From assembly GCA_963833425.1 (NCBI GenBank), contig CAWHXP010000002.1, forward strand, positions 96,001-160,000: DNA of 64,000 bases. Reading direction: 5' to 3'. This stretch comes from an uncultured Methanosarcinaceae archaeon. GTDB lineage: Archaea; Halobacteriota; Methanosarcinia; Methanosarcinales; Methanosarcinaceae. The notes below the pieces were generated by a model. The model made no database searches, was not told the DNA's origin, and saw nothing but the letters and a program-made list of their open reading frames with translations. Of this stretch, positions 52,975 through 64,000 are shown piece by piece (within the stretch, counting starts at the first letter, position 1; each line of letters begins with the position of its first letter). The position numbers and the translations under genes were made by a program.

Positions 52975-54018
52975 AAGAAAAATAAGAGAAGAGGAGATAA
53001 ATAATTATTTTCTATTTCCTGAAAAAGAGAACTTTTCGGGCGCAAAATTTTCTCATATACGAATTATCTCATATGCGAAAAAAGAAAAGGAAATTTAGAT
53101 TAGAAAACTTCATATTCAACCTAATTAGATAATTCAGGTTATTATATATTTTGATATGTAGTTTTCTGAATAAATTCGATTCATGGAATAATTTACTTGT
53201 ACTTTCATTTCTAAGGCAAATTAATTATTTATTTTTTTTCAAACATATCTTCATTATTCCTTTGCATTAACAATTAGAAGCTGAGAAATCAAACTCAATA
53301 GAACTAAATTGGATACAGGTATTTTAGTCAAAAAAATGTCTAATTTGTGGTGTTGGATTCTAATGATTAGCTTGATTTGCTGTTTTCTTGGAATCTTCTG
53401 AGCCTGTAATGTTTAAATAGCCGGATAGCTACAATGACATAATAGTTCGCTACATTAGCATCATATCTTTCAATCATGCTATAGCCATTACTTATTTCAC
53501 CCCTCTCACAAGATTGGTAAGACTGAAAAATAACAGGGTCATCGTTTTTAAAGTTTTATACAACGAATTTTTGGTGTATTACCTATCTATTTACTCACTT
53601 CATTCGGCTTGAAATGATTTAAGAACTTTCCTTTTAAGGTAAAAAAATTTAGAGCTGTTCTTTTCTTGCTTGAATAAACTCTATTGACCTTTTTCTCAAT
53701 AGTTCCAATGGAGGATATCATCTAAATTTGACAGATTTTCCAAGGCTAGCATCAAGGTGCTCCGACGGTAATATCCAGTACTAGAATTATCTGATTATCC
53801 CTCAACTATCCATCTCTCATTTAACCTCTTGATTTAATACTTTTTTCCTCAATTTTCTGTAAAAAGGGTAAGAGATCACCTTTTACTTCCATCAGGAGAA
53901 CTGGTGCCGTTCGAGTTATTTTTCAGTCAAGTGGCCCAGCTTTCTGCAAGATGTTAACTTCCCAGCTAACCGCTAATTGACGGACTAATTTATTTGTAAA
54001 TTTATCATTGTACTAGAA

Positions 54019-55468
54019 AAGGAACTAATACACTCAAACCATTGTATTTACAAAATAATATATCACATATTCTTTTTATATGAAATATCGCAATTTTTAT
54101 TTAGACAATGAAAATATCAATTATTGGCTCTGTAGAAATCCTTAATTTGATGTAAATTATTTCTATAACTTTTTTGTTTATGCTGTATACTATTAATTTA
54201 ATTTTAATCTTTTTTTACTTGATAACGGAATTTTCTTGCCCTTAGTGTTTCTCCTAATTTTCTTTTAACTACAGAAAATATTGTCTCCACAATATTTCTT
54301 TGATTTATCTAATTTTGCCAAAGACCAGGTTCAATTGTTTCTATATTTTCCTATTATTTTCTCCCTTTTTCTCTCTCTTACAGGTATAATTGAATCTGCT
54401 TTGATTTCTTCTCTAATTATAGAATGTATTTTTTCTGAATCGTATCCTTTATCCATTACATAACAATCAGACTTTCTCATCTTATTTGATTGCCTTATCA
54501 GAGCATTTGCATGTTTGATTTCATGGTCTGTTTTTTGACTAATTTTTCATCCCAATATTATCTTTTTACTTGTGTCCACTGACATTGAAGTTCTCAGGAA
54601 GCTTCTTCGAAGCTTCCCTGTTTTTCTGGAATAATAACAACTTGCATATGAACTCGTAAATCCTGTTGCATCAATCGCTGCAACATAGACATCTCTCCAT
54701 ACGAGTAAAACAGCTTTAGACTCCTTTACAGGAGAAGGTTAAACAGATAAGAGGGAATCCTGATTACAAACTTTTGAAGGGTAGTGAAATGTGGAATCTT
54801 ACCAAGAGCAAGTTTTTCTTTTAAATCGCTTATAAGGTCAATAAGTTCTCAAAATCTCGATAGTCTGTAATAATATGCTCTTTCAATAAAACCAGTATAA
54901 TAAGCTGATGCTGGGTATAAACGTGTTTTGAATGCTTGCAGGAATTAAGCTTCATTCTCGAAGACTGAAAGGCTTCGAGGCTGGTATCAACAAATTTAAT
55001 GTACTTATTAAACTTCAATATTGAATGTTCCTTCGTTTTTAGCGAAAAAAATAACAAAAAATTATAACGGAACAGTAATTAATATTATAGTGTAAAAGTT
55101 CAATTTAGAGCATTTCTAAAGAGCCCAATTATTTAAAATTTATATGTTTCGAAATTGGTAGAAATGTGATGTTTTAAGTTTGATGCAATGTTTAGTGATG
55201 ATTCACATATACAATTTTTCTTTGGAACTGAAAAATATTTTCTTTCAAAAATGATGCAGATTATTAAGATTCTCATACAAGAAAGGTCTTTAAAGAATAA
55301 TCTGAGATCAAAAAACAGCTTTTGGGTTGTGAACTTTGGAGTGATAGATGTTACATTGAAACTGTGATGATGGTACAAATTCCGATGTACATAATAATTA
55401 TATTGAAATCAGAAAACAGGAGCAAAAAGAATAACACAAGCAAATAAAATAAATTATTTTGGATAATT
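54019..55468 (+). mobile_element. IS200 tnpA remnant split by an IS5 insertion
   Basis: ELIHSNHCIYKIIYH..MKYR..NINY before 54126 continues as YLKFICFEIG..KKQL..ELWSD after 55125. Confidence 0.75.
54126..55125 (-). mobile_element. IS5-family element with disrupted transposase and 8-bp TSD
   Basis: TIRs GGCTCTGTAGAAAT / ATTTCTAAAGAGCC; CAATTATT on both flanks; KHVYTQHQL, PHFTTLQKF, AIDATGF and MDKGYDSE. Confidence 0.9.
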
Positions 55469-55866
55469 TATTTATATATGTAGCAATGGTGATACGAACT
55501 CGTGCTGCAGTGGGATCCACAACAACTTTGATTCACAAAAAACAGTTACAACAGAGGCAGATCTAACGAGTAGATAATAAGGATAAAAATTAACTGTGAG
55601 ATATCAGTTTTTCAGCTGTCTGAAAAGATGGAACTACCCTAGTTTGTGATTAAAACAAAATTTTTTTGAAAAATATCAAAAAAATATAAGAAAGCATTTA
55701 TTGAATGGAGTTCTAATCTGAAATTTTATCCTGAAAAGGAGGATCAAAAATTTCTGGAAAAAATTTAATATCCTCCCTAACTATGCTTATTATCAATATT
55801 AGCCATTTTTCACAGAACATACCCAAAAATAGGAATTTTTCCGGGGAAAGTGGCTGATAAAACAGA

Positions 55867-56274
55867 TTAATCAATGGTTCTTTTGCTCAGGATGTAAAGG
55901 ATCATGTCTGAATTCAACTTGCTTTCTCTTGAAAGTTTTTCAGCAATGACCTCATTTGTGAAGCGATCAGCTTTTAATTCCTGAATCTTTTCCAGCACAC
56001 TCTGAGAGACATTGTAATATTCGTTTATGTCTTTTCGATGTCCCCATACATCCCCTTCCAGGAGATTTATCTTTTGCATTTCCAGAAACATTTCAATTGA
56101 CTTCGAAACAGTCCTTTTGTAGGATTTTGGAAGCTGTATTGCTTCAATTTTAGGACATGTTTCAGCAAGCACAAATACATCTTTGTTAGATGGTCTGAAA
56201 GCAAGGTGGACAACCTTCTCGTTCGGATTCAGGACAGGAATTTCCTGCCGTGAACTAACTACTCTGATTTTCAT
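55867..56274 (-). CDS. DUF1699 family protein
   Basis: MKIRVVSSR.EI..LNPNE..VHLAFRPSNKD and EGDVWGHRKD. Confidence 0.85.
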   Translation of the reverse strand: MKIRVVSSRQEIPVLNPNEKVVHLAFRPSNKDVFVLAETCPKIEAIQLPKSYKRTVSKSIEMFLEMQKINLLEGDVWGHRKDINEYYNVSQSVLEKIQELKADRFTNEVIAEKLSRESKLNSDMILYILSKRTID

Positions 56275-56401
56275 ATTGATCCCCCACTCTTCATTTTAAG
56301 AATTAAGTATTTATTTGTTTAAAATTTAAATCTTTATTCATATAAATACCAAATTTTGATTATGCATTTAAATTTTATATACATATCGATTAGCTAAAAT
56401 A

Positions 56402-57703
56402 TTATTTAGAGGGTCTGTACCCAAAACGGGTTCTAATAGCATCAGCATGTGCCTTCAATCCTTCTTCCTCAGCTAGTGAGATTATAGTTTCTTTTAAACT
56501 TTCAAGGCCAATCTTGCTAATTTTTTGAATACTTGAATATTTCATAAAGTGATTTATATTCAGACCGGAATAAATTTTTGCATATCCGGCCGTAGGGAGT
56601 ACATGATTAGTACCAGACGCGTAATCCCCAACAGCAACAGGAGAATAATTCCCTATAAATATAGATCCTGCATTTTTAATCCCGTCAAGTACAAAATCTG
56701 AGTTTGATACCATTATTTCGAGGTGTTCTGGAGCAAATTTATTGCTGAAGTCTATACATTGTTTCAGGGAATCTGCTGTAAGAATTGCAGCATTCTCAAG
56801 AGACGCCTTAACAATGCTTTTTCTTTCAGTTTGTTCAGATTGGACGAGCACTTCTTTTTTTACATCTTCTGCAAGAGTCTCGGAGATTGTAACAAGTATC
56901 GAGATTGCACTTGGATCGTGTTCAGCCTGAGCTATAATATCCGAAGCAACCATAATAACATCTGCCGACTCATCTGCAATAATTAGCACTTCGCTGGGAC
57001 CTGCAGGGAAGTCGATTTCAGCAACGTCTCTAATCTGCATTTTTGCAGATGTGACAAAGACGTTTCCAGGCCCTACTATTTTATTCACCTTCGGGATAGT
57101 TTCAGTTCCATAAGCCATGGCTCCAACGGCCTGGGCACCACCGAGTTTGAATACTCTGTCTGCTCCTGCAACCTTTGCAGCACTGAGAGTTAGGGGGTGC
57201 ACAGAACCGTCAGCCATTGGAGGTGTGCACACTATAACCTGTGCTACTCCCGCAACTTTGGCTGGAATCACCGTCATTAGAACTGTTGACGGATAGAAAG
57301 CCCGGCCTCCTGGAGAATAAACGCCTACGCTTTCCAGAGGTGTTGCCTTCTGGCCCAACAAAATCCCTGGTTTAAGTTCCATAAACCAGATGACCTCTGG
57401 AAGCTGAGCTTCGTGGAAAGCTCGGATATTTGCAGCCGCTGATTTAAGGTGATTCAGAAGTTTCGGATCGATACACGAAAGAGCCTTCTCAAACTCATTT
57501 TCACTTACTTCAAAATCTGCAAGCTCTAATTTATCAAATTTTCGTGTATATTCCCTAAGTGCTGCATCTTTTTTGATATACACATCCGAAAGTATGGCTG
57601 AGACTGTCTTCACTACATCTGCAAGTCCTGATTCTCGGGAAATCAATTTCTTCATTTCAGCTCCAGAAACATCAGACAATTTTTTAAACAACATGGTACC
57701 CAC
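56402..57703 (-). CDS. hisD: histidinol dehydrogenase
   Basis: PGGRA.YPSTV, KIVGPGN, AGPSEV, QAEHD, APEHLE and [13 protein letters not shown]. Confidence 0.97.
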   Translation of the reverse strand: MGTMLFKKLSDVSGAEMKKLISRESGLADVVKTVSAILSDVYIKKDAALREYTRKFDKLELADFEVSENEFEKALSCIDPKLLNHLKSAAANIRAFHEAQLPEVIWFMELKPGILLGQKATPLESVGVYSPGGRAFYPSTVLMTVIPAKVAGVAQVIVCTPPMADGSVHPLTLSAAKVAGADRVFKLGGAQAVGAMAYGTETIPKVNKIVGPGNVFVTSAKMQIRDVAEIDFPAGPSEVLIIADESADVIMVASDIIAQAEHDPSAISILVTISETLAEDVKKEVLVQSEQTERKSIVKASLENAAILTADSLKQCIDFSNKFAPEHLEIMVSNSDFVLDGIKNAGSIFIGNYSPVAVGDYASGTNHVLPTAGYAKIYSGLNINHFMKYSSIQKISKIGLESLKETIISLAEEEGLKAHADAIRTRFGYRPSK

Positions 57704-57971
57704 CTCTAAAATAAACTGATAAAATATATAAATGGAATATTAGGTTTCTATATAAACTGTATATTATATAACCTGATAATCAGTTCATTAATCCCCAATA
57801 TTATTTAAAATGTTATCTCCTGAAATATCTATCTCGAAGGTGAAAGATAGTAGTATAGGAAATTTATGCATCATGGCTTAATTGGAACTATATGAGGAAT
57901 AAAATAAATTTTTATAATATACTTTTCAACGGGTAGCTCGTGTAACCGTTCTAGAAATAGAGGAAATTACT

Positions 57972-58278
57972 CATAATCAAATAATTTCATTTACTTATAT
58001 AATTCTTTTTCCTTCTGTTTTCTGATTTCAACATAATTATTATGTACATCGGAATTTGTACCATCATCACAGTTTCAATGTAACATCTATCGCTCCAAAG
58101 TTCACAACCCAAAAGCTGTTTTTTAATCTCAGAGTATTCTTTAAAATTTTTTATTGATATTATACTTCTTATAAGAATCAAAACAGTAACTTATACCAAT
58201 CTCAAAACATATAAATTTTAAATAATTGATAATGACAGTGTCTAAAAGAAATCTTTTATGATACTTCATACTAAAAAT
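57972..58278 (-). mobile_element. IS200 tnpA remnant (inverted copy of the 54-55 kb remnant)
   Basis: Near-identical to 55126-55468 over the 3' ~170 bp, with an internal deletion. Confidence 0.75.
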
Positions 58279-58279
58279 C

Positions 58280-58800
58280 TCGTCATTTGTAATCAGATTC
58301 CATATAATTGTGGCAATTTCCCTCGCTGAAGCAATAATTGCCTTTGAATATCCAATTGATTTCTTCTTCAGGTAGAGTATTTTTTAATTTACTATTTTTC
58401 TTCCTTGTTGCTGCCTAAACAATCTGCATTAGAAACCACCTGCTACTTTGATCATCTTTTTGTAATTCTCCATTTGTAGAATTTATATGCAAATTGATAT
58501 ACATTCGAAACAACTTTGAATATAAGAAAAGCTGATATCCTGAAGAAAAATCCTTCAAATTACCTATTTCAGCAATTAGAATTGTTGAGCAATCTTCCAA
58601 ATATCCGAAACCAATATTAAAATTTATACTGCATTTTTATGTTCTCCCTAGAATAATGAAAATTTATCCATCCAAAGTTTCGACTTAATCGTCAAGATAT
58701 TGTATAAGATTCAGACATGTCTGAAACGTAACTATAACGCTTAGAGATATTTATATATCCCGAATCCCTCTTATCAGAATACGTATATTACGAACATTTT
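58280..58800 (-). mobile_element. IS110-family transposase remnant
   Basis: ILIAEIGNLKDFSSG, AATRKKNSKL and SKAIIASAREIATIIWNLI. Confidence 0.65.
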
Positions 58801-59264
58801 GAAAAAGGTATTCTACTATATGATCTTACTTTTTTTTACATAACAAAACCTTTTATGTAAATATATGCATTTTTGTCCAAATATCTGTCAATAAGTCACT
58901 TATATGAAAAATTTCAGATATGAGAATATAGTGAGCCTCTTTTCTTATATGTATTTTTGTTTGTACAAATTTATGGCAAATCCGAATGTATAAAATAAAA
59001 TAGCTCTGATTTGTTGGGGAGACTCTTAGTGTCCGAATCATTTTATTAGGTGCAAGTTGTGCAATAAATTCCGAGCCTAATTTATCTGTTTTTTAATTCA
59101 CATATGTCTTCATAACTCGTGCATTGCCAACTTCACTTATTATGGTTAGGCAGTTTTGGAAGCAAAAATTGGAACAAATTTCATGGCCAAAATAACTATG
59201 TAGTCAATGCTCAAAAAAGTCTGATGGATCATATTTTCATTTATTTTAACCCATTATTCGAAGA

Positions 59265-59350
<86 letters not shown>

Positions 59351-59599
59351 CTTTAAGCTACGGTCATATTGATAAAATAGATGGCATCTTGTGTACATCT
59401 TCAGAAAATGAGTTAATAATAGTCCCCCTTGAAGTTTCCATCATCTCAGCGCGATACTGTGCATTCTAGAGAAACACAATCGCAAAAATAGTAAAAATGA
59501 CTTAAATTAAGAAAATTAAGAAAACAAAAAGTAGGTGAAGGCAGTAATCATTTGTTATCTTTTGTCACTAAGGAAAATTTTTTTCAAGTGATGTAATTA

Positions 59600-61729
59600 T
59601 CATAACCTAGGGACTTCCTCTCTCCTTTCGATCTGGGTAAAAATTTTTTCAGCAATCTTAGGTCCAAGAAGTGCAGTCACTTTTCCCGGAGCAGCATCTA
59701 AAAGGTCTGCAATGGACTTTAAACCAGCTTCGTAAAGTTTCCGTGCTCTCACGCGACCTATACTTTGGATATCGAGCAGCTCCATCAATTCAGGACCAGC
59801 TCCATAATGAATCTGCCTTTCAAGTTCTGAAGCCTCTTTTACTCCTTTGATGTCTAGAAGCCTCGCAAGCTGGGTGGTTACATGCATGATCCATTCGGCA
59901 ATGTCTGCAATTGCATGGATATCGCCTTCCCCTATGCCGAATTTCAAACAAATCTCGTTTTCAGGCTTTTCATTAATCCAATCAATGAGCAGAAGAGCCG
60001 TTTTTACCTCTCCGAGGAACCATTCATATTCTACAGCATCAAACGGATTCGGGACTTTCACGAACTCTCCTGCATGAGCCATTGCATAATCGTTGATTAT
60101 GCAATAGTCTTGGCCTCTCATATAGAGCAAGCGCATATCAGGCGTGCTGCATATCAGATGCAACAGAGTAAGCTTGGTCAAGGATTCTGCTTTTTTAAGG
60201 TTTTTTACGATGATAGAGGCAGATCGAGGATCGACATATAGTCTCGAGACAAGTTTTCCGAAATTTGTGGGAAGAAGGACGTCTGTATCCTCAAGCATCT
60301 TTTCCTGTCTCAAAAAGCCAAGGCATTCGTCTACAACCGTAGAAAGTCCGAAATTTGAGTACTGGAAAGCGAAAAATGTTGCATCTAGAAATTCAAAGAG
60401 TTCTTCTTTTGTACGCGCAAAACCGCTTGAGATTGTAGAGAGTACATGCATCTTGAGAGCATTTTCTGTCCCAAGCTTGGACCAAATATCTTCGACTTCC
60501 GCATCGATATAATTCTTAAAAAGGAAACAAAACTCCTCATACGACCTGGCAAGAAGCACAGATTCTCCATAAGGGTCAAGCCTGGGCCTCCCTGCTCTGC
60601 CTGCCATCTGCTTGTACTCAAGCACAGGGATAGGCTGCATCCCGGCTTCAGAAGAATAGCGCCTATAACTTTTGATAATCACCCGCCTGGCTGGTAAGTT
60701 GAGTCCAGCTGAAAGGGTTGGAGTACTTGAGATCAGCTTGATCCTTCTTTCTCTGAACCCTTCTTCAACTAATTCCCTCAAAGGAGTGATGAGTCCTGCA
60801 TGATGAAAAGCCACACCTGAACGAATGCAGGAGGCGAGGGTTGCAGCAGTATCGGTTTCACTGTTTTCGAACACGTTGTCTGCAATCGCAGTCAGAAATT
60901 TTTTATCTTCTGTTGAAAGAATCTTTTTAATTTTTGGTGCCGCCTTCTTTGCAAAAGCCATACAGTTTTTCCTACTGCTTTCGAAAATCAGGCACTGACC
61001 ACCTTCCTGGAGGGTATCCAGCGCAAGGTTTATGGCTTCGTCTTTGGTGGGCTGCTCAATAATCTTTTCCCTTTCCTTGCAATAGAAAGTCCCATTAAAA
61101 TGTACCCCCTCCAGAAGTTCTGTAGGCCTCCATTCACTTACAACAAGTTCAGCGTTAAGCCAAGCTGCAAGCTCATCGGCATTACCTACTGTTGCAGACA
61201 GTGCCAAAATCTGACAGGATGGATTCATTTTCCGAAGCTTTGAAAGAGTGACTTCAAGTGTTGGTCCTCTGTCTTTAGAATCGATAAGATGTACCTCATC
61301 TAACACAATTACTGAGATTTCCTGCATCCAGGTAGTCTCATTCCTGAGCAGAGAATCGGTTTTTTCCGATGTCGCTATAATTATGTCGTTTACCCCAAGT
61401 TTTTCATCCCTCAAGTCATAATCCCCCGTCGAAATTCCGACCATGATCCCAAGGTTAGAAAATTCTCTAAACCGATTGAATTTTTCAGAAGCAAGCGCCC
61501 TTAGGGGCACTATATAGAGTGCCTTCCCTCCTGCGCAAATTGACTTCAACATCGTAAGCTCAGCAAGAAGAGTTTTCCCTGAGGCAGTTGGGATTGCAGC
61601 AAGCAGATTTTTACCTTCAAGCAGCCCTTTTTCCACTGCTTCCACCTGAGGAGGATAAAGTTCCAGAATATTGGAGTCCTGATAATAACGTTTTACTTCG
61701 TCTGGTATATCGAGGCTTTCTATCTTCAT
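59600..61729 (-). CDS. hel308: Hel308/Ski2-like DNA helicase
   Basis: [29 protein letters not shown] and a C-terminal HhH region. Confidence 0.95.
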   Translation of the reverse strand: MKIESLDIPDEVKRYYQDSNILELYPPQVEAVEKGLLEGKNLLAAIPTASGKTLLAELTMLKSICAGGKALYIVPLRALASEKFNRFREFSNLGIMVGISTGDYDLRDEKLGVNDIIIATSEKTDSLLRNETTWMQEISVIVLDEVHLIDSKDRGPTLEVTLSKLRKMNPSCQILALSATVGNADELAAWLNAELVVSEWRPTELLEGVHFNGTFYCKEREKIIEQPTKDEAINLALDTLQEGGQCLIFESSRKNCMAFAKKAAPKIKKILSTEDKKFLTAIADNVFENSETDTAATLASCIRSGVAFHHAGLITPLRELVEEGFRERRIKLISSTPTLSAGLNLPARRVIIKSYRRYSSEAGMQPIPVLEYKQMAGRAGRPRLDPYGESVLLARSYEEFCFLFKNYIDAEVEDIWSKLGTENALKMHVLSTISSGFARTKEELFEFLDATFFAFQYSNFGLSTVVDECLGFLRQEKMLEDTDVLLPTNFGKLVSRLYVDPRSASIIVKNLKKAESLTKLTLLHLICSTPDMRLLYMRGQDYCIINDYAMAHAGEFVKVPNPFDAVEYEWFLGEVKTALLLIDWINEKPENEICLKFGIGEGDIHAIADIAEWIMHVTTQLARLLDIKGVKEASELERQIHYGAGPELMELLDIQSIGRVRARKLYEAGLKSIADLLDAAPGKVTALLGPKIAEKIFTQIERREEVPRL

Positions 61730-62190
61730 TAAAAACAAAAGACTCGAACATAAGATAAAAAGCTATTTTGAGCTCTCAGGTCTTCCACGATTATTTGGTT
61801 AATTTTATTTTGAAATCCATTTATTGTCATTTCCCGGTATTTTTGTTCTGCACTTCAGTGGAGTTAGTTAAAAATAAAATCGTCCTAAGTACATGAAAAT
61901 GTAACATTTGTTACACTGGAAACTTAATTCTGAAAACATCAATCACTTAATTACAAAAGACCACACTCATGCTAGTATCTAGAATTTATTATCCTGCAAA
62001 AAAACGGACTCCCCTTTATAAATCAACATTCTACAGATTTACATAGACATATTATTTGTTTGCTGATTTGCCTACTAACTCATTGAAAGTTAAATTACTT
62101 TTTAAGCACTGTCATATTGAGAACACATATGGATTCTTGTGCACGTCTACGGAAAATGGACTAAAAGTAACTTCGATTTTGTCGAATTTT

Positions 62191-63969
62191 TCAAAAAAAT
62201 CCTCCGTTGCTTGCTGAATAATAGTAATTCCCATTTTCCTTCTGTTCCCTATCAAGCCTTGAGCCGAGATTATTCACACGAGGACGTTTAGTTTCCTCAT
62301 CTCTGCGGAAGGTTATGCCCAAATTTTTCAAGAATTTATTCATACCAGTTTCCATGCTGAACGGGCCACGAGCTTCGCCATATACCGAGGGTTTGCCTTC
62401 GAAGACCATTAAGCGCTGGCTCAACATATCGATCATATATATATCATGATCCACAACTAGAGTCGCTTTCTGGTTGTTTTCGGCAAAATGATTCAGAACC
62501 TTAGTAACCATGGAGCGCTGCTCCACATCCAGGTGCGCGCTTGGCTCGTCCAGAATATAGATTTCGGCTTCCTGTGATAGGCAGGCTGCGATAGCAACCC
62601 TCTGTAGTTCTCCACCACTAAGATCAGTAAGTAGGCTGTCATAGATCTCTTCAAGTTGAAGTGGACTCGAGATCTCAACCTCATAATAGCTGGTACCGAA
62701 CCGTTTTGTGATGCTACCCAGAAAATCCTGCACTCGCATTGGTGTATCGACTTTGATATACTGAGGCTTGTAGGATATCTTGACTTCGATCTCAGTGTCT
62801 CTTTCTTCAGGCTTTATTTCTCCTGCAAGAATTTTCACGAAAGTCGACTTTCCTATTCCATTAGGACCCACTATCCCCAATACTTCCCCATCCCGAAGGC
62901 TGCCACCGGCAACTTCTAGGGAGAAACCATCCCCGTATCTCTTTGAGAAGCCTTTGAAGGTTATTGTAGATTTAAACTGTGAATCTTGTCTTGGGGGATG
63001 GATATCAAACTTAATGGCTTCAGGTCGTATTCGGATATTTTCTTCAGGAAGATAGCCTTTAAGGTACTGGTTAATTCCAACACGTACACTCTTCGGGAGA
63101 GTGACCACACCGAAACCCGCAGGTTTTCCATAGGCGATATGAACTACGTCTGCGAGCATGTCAAGGATCGCAAGGTCATGCTCGATCACAAGTATGGCCC
63201 TATCCTTTGAGATCTTCTGGATCAAGCGAGTAACATTGATTCTCTGATAGATATCAAGGTAAGGACTAATTTCGTCAAAGAAATAGAACTGGGCGTCTCT
63301 TGCAGCACAGGCCGCAATTGCCACCCTCTGAAGCTCACCACCGCTCAATTCAGAGATCTGCCTGTCTACTACACCTTCCAAATCGAGGTAATCTATAAGT
63401 TCATCCAGAACTTTTCTTTCATCTGTCTTTTCGAGCAATTCGGAGGTTTTACCTTTGAAAACTTTTGGAATCTGATCCACATACTGAGGCTTTTGTGAAA
63501 CACGAACTTCCCCATCCACCACAGCCTGAAAATAATCATAAATAGCAGTGCCAGCATAATTTTTAAGCACAGTGTCCCAATCACTCATTTCCTGTCCAAA
63601 GTTGGGAATTAATGATCCTGAAAGTATCTGCAAACAAGTGCTTTTTCCTATTCCATTAGGACCAAGGATTCCGGTTACTTTACCTACTTTTGGTACAGGC
63701 AGCCCAAAGAGGATAAAGCCATTTGATCCATATCTGTGGGTAGCCTTTTGCAAAATTTCAGGAAGCCCTATAATCATGATTGCTTTAAAGGGACATTTGT
63801 TTATGCAGATCCCGCAGCCCACACAAAGCTCCTCAGAAATAAAGGGTTTTCCGCCATCTCCAAAAACAATTGTTTCATCGCCAGTTCTGACCCTGGGGCA
63901 GTACTTTTCGCATTCCTTGCTGCACCTTCTGGGCTGACACCTATCTTTATTAAGTATAGCTATTCTCAT
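62191..63969 (-). CDS. rli: ribosome recycling ATPase ABCE1/RLI
   Basis: N-terminal Fe-S cysteines, two GPNGIGKS and LSGGELQR motifs, C-terminal TFRRD..RPR.N. Confidence 0.97.
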   Translation of the reverse strand: MRIAILNKDRCQPRRCSKECEKYCPRVRTGDETIVFGDGGKPFISEELCVGCGICINKCPFKAIMIIGLPEILQKATHRYGSNGFILFGLPVPKVGKVTGILGPNGIGKSTCLQILSGSLIPNFGQEMSDWDTVLKNYAGTAIYDYFQAVVDGEVRVSQKPQYVDQIPKVFKGKTSELLEKTDERKVLDELIDYLDLEGVVDRQISELSGGELQRVAIAACAARDAQFYFFDEISPYLDIYQRINVTRLIQKISKDRAILVIEHDLAILDMLADVVHIAYGKPAGFGVVTLPKSVRVGINQYLKGYLPEENIRIRPEAIKFDIHPPRQDSQFKSTITFKGFSKRYGDGFSLEVAGGSLRDGEVLGIVGPNGIGKSTFVKILAGEIKPEERDTEIEVKISYKPQYIKVDTPMRVQDFLGSITKRFGTSYYEVEISSPLQLEEIYDSLLTDLSGGELQRVAIAACLSQEAEIYILDEPSAHLDVEQRSMVTKVLNHFAENNQKATLVVDHDIYMIDMLSQRLMVFEGKPSVYGEARGPFSMETGMNKFLKNLGITFRRDEETKRPRVNNLGSRLDREQKENGNYYYSASNGGFF

Positions 63970-64000
63970 AATGGTCCCTAAAATCACGTTTTTTCTTTGC

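Noticed and set aside
53100..54000. Possible degraded transposase
   Set aside because: It looks like decayed coding DNA, but I could not assign a family or ends.

Overview
This is a 64-kb archaeal window. The 16S/23S rRNA and protein families such as DUF1699 point to Methanosarcina. Intact housekeeping loci are an rRNA operon on the minus strand (16S-23S-5S, no spacer tRNA), tRNA-Leu(TAA), tRNA-Val(TAC), mutS-mutL, hisD, Hel308, ABCE1/RLI, Nif3, flavodoxin, an A24 peptidase and modBC+mop. They sit in a heavily decayed, AT-rich background with about a dozen non-IS pseudogenes (Cdc6, phage terminase, GATase, PNPOx, P-II, Gad, OYE, HEAT, TPR and others), about 13 IS remnants (IS1, IS5, IS110, IS200, IS481; none intact) and several degenerate tRNAs. 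The most notable accessory content is: (1) an intact membrane Hanks-type Ser/Thr kinase co-oriented with an intact KdpD sensor that stops cleanly before the histidine-kinase module; (2) a decayed provirus relic (Cdc6 plus large terminase); (3) a tRNA graveyard with an att-like tRNA-Val fragment; (4) a pair of secreted proteins with a conserved leader and unrelated mature regions; (5) an orphan anfO. All family calls come from motif recognition by eye; no searches were run, and pseudogene and IS boundaries are approximate.
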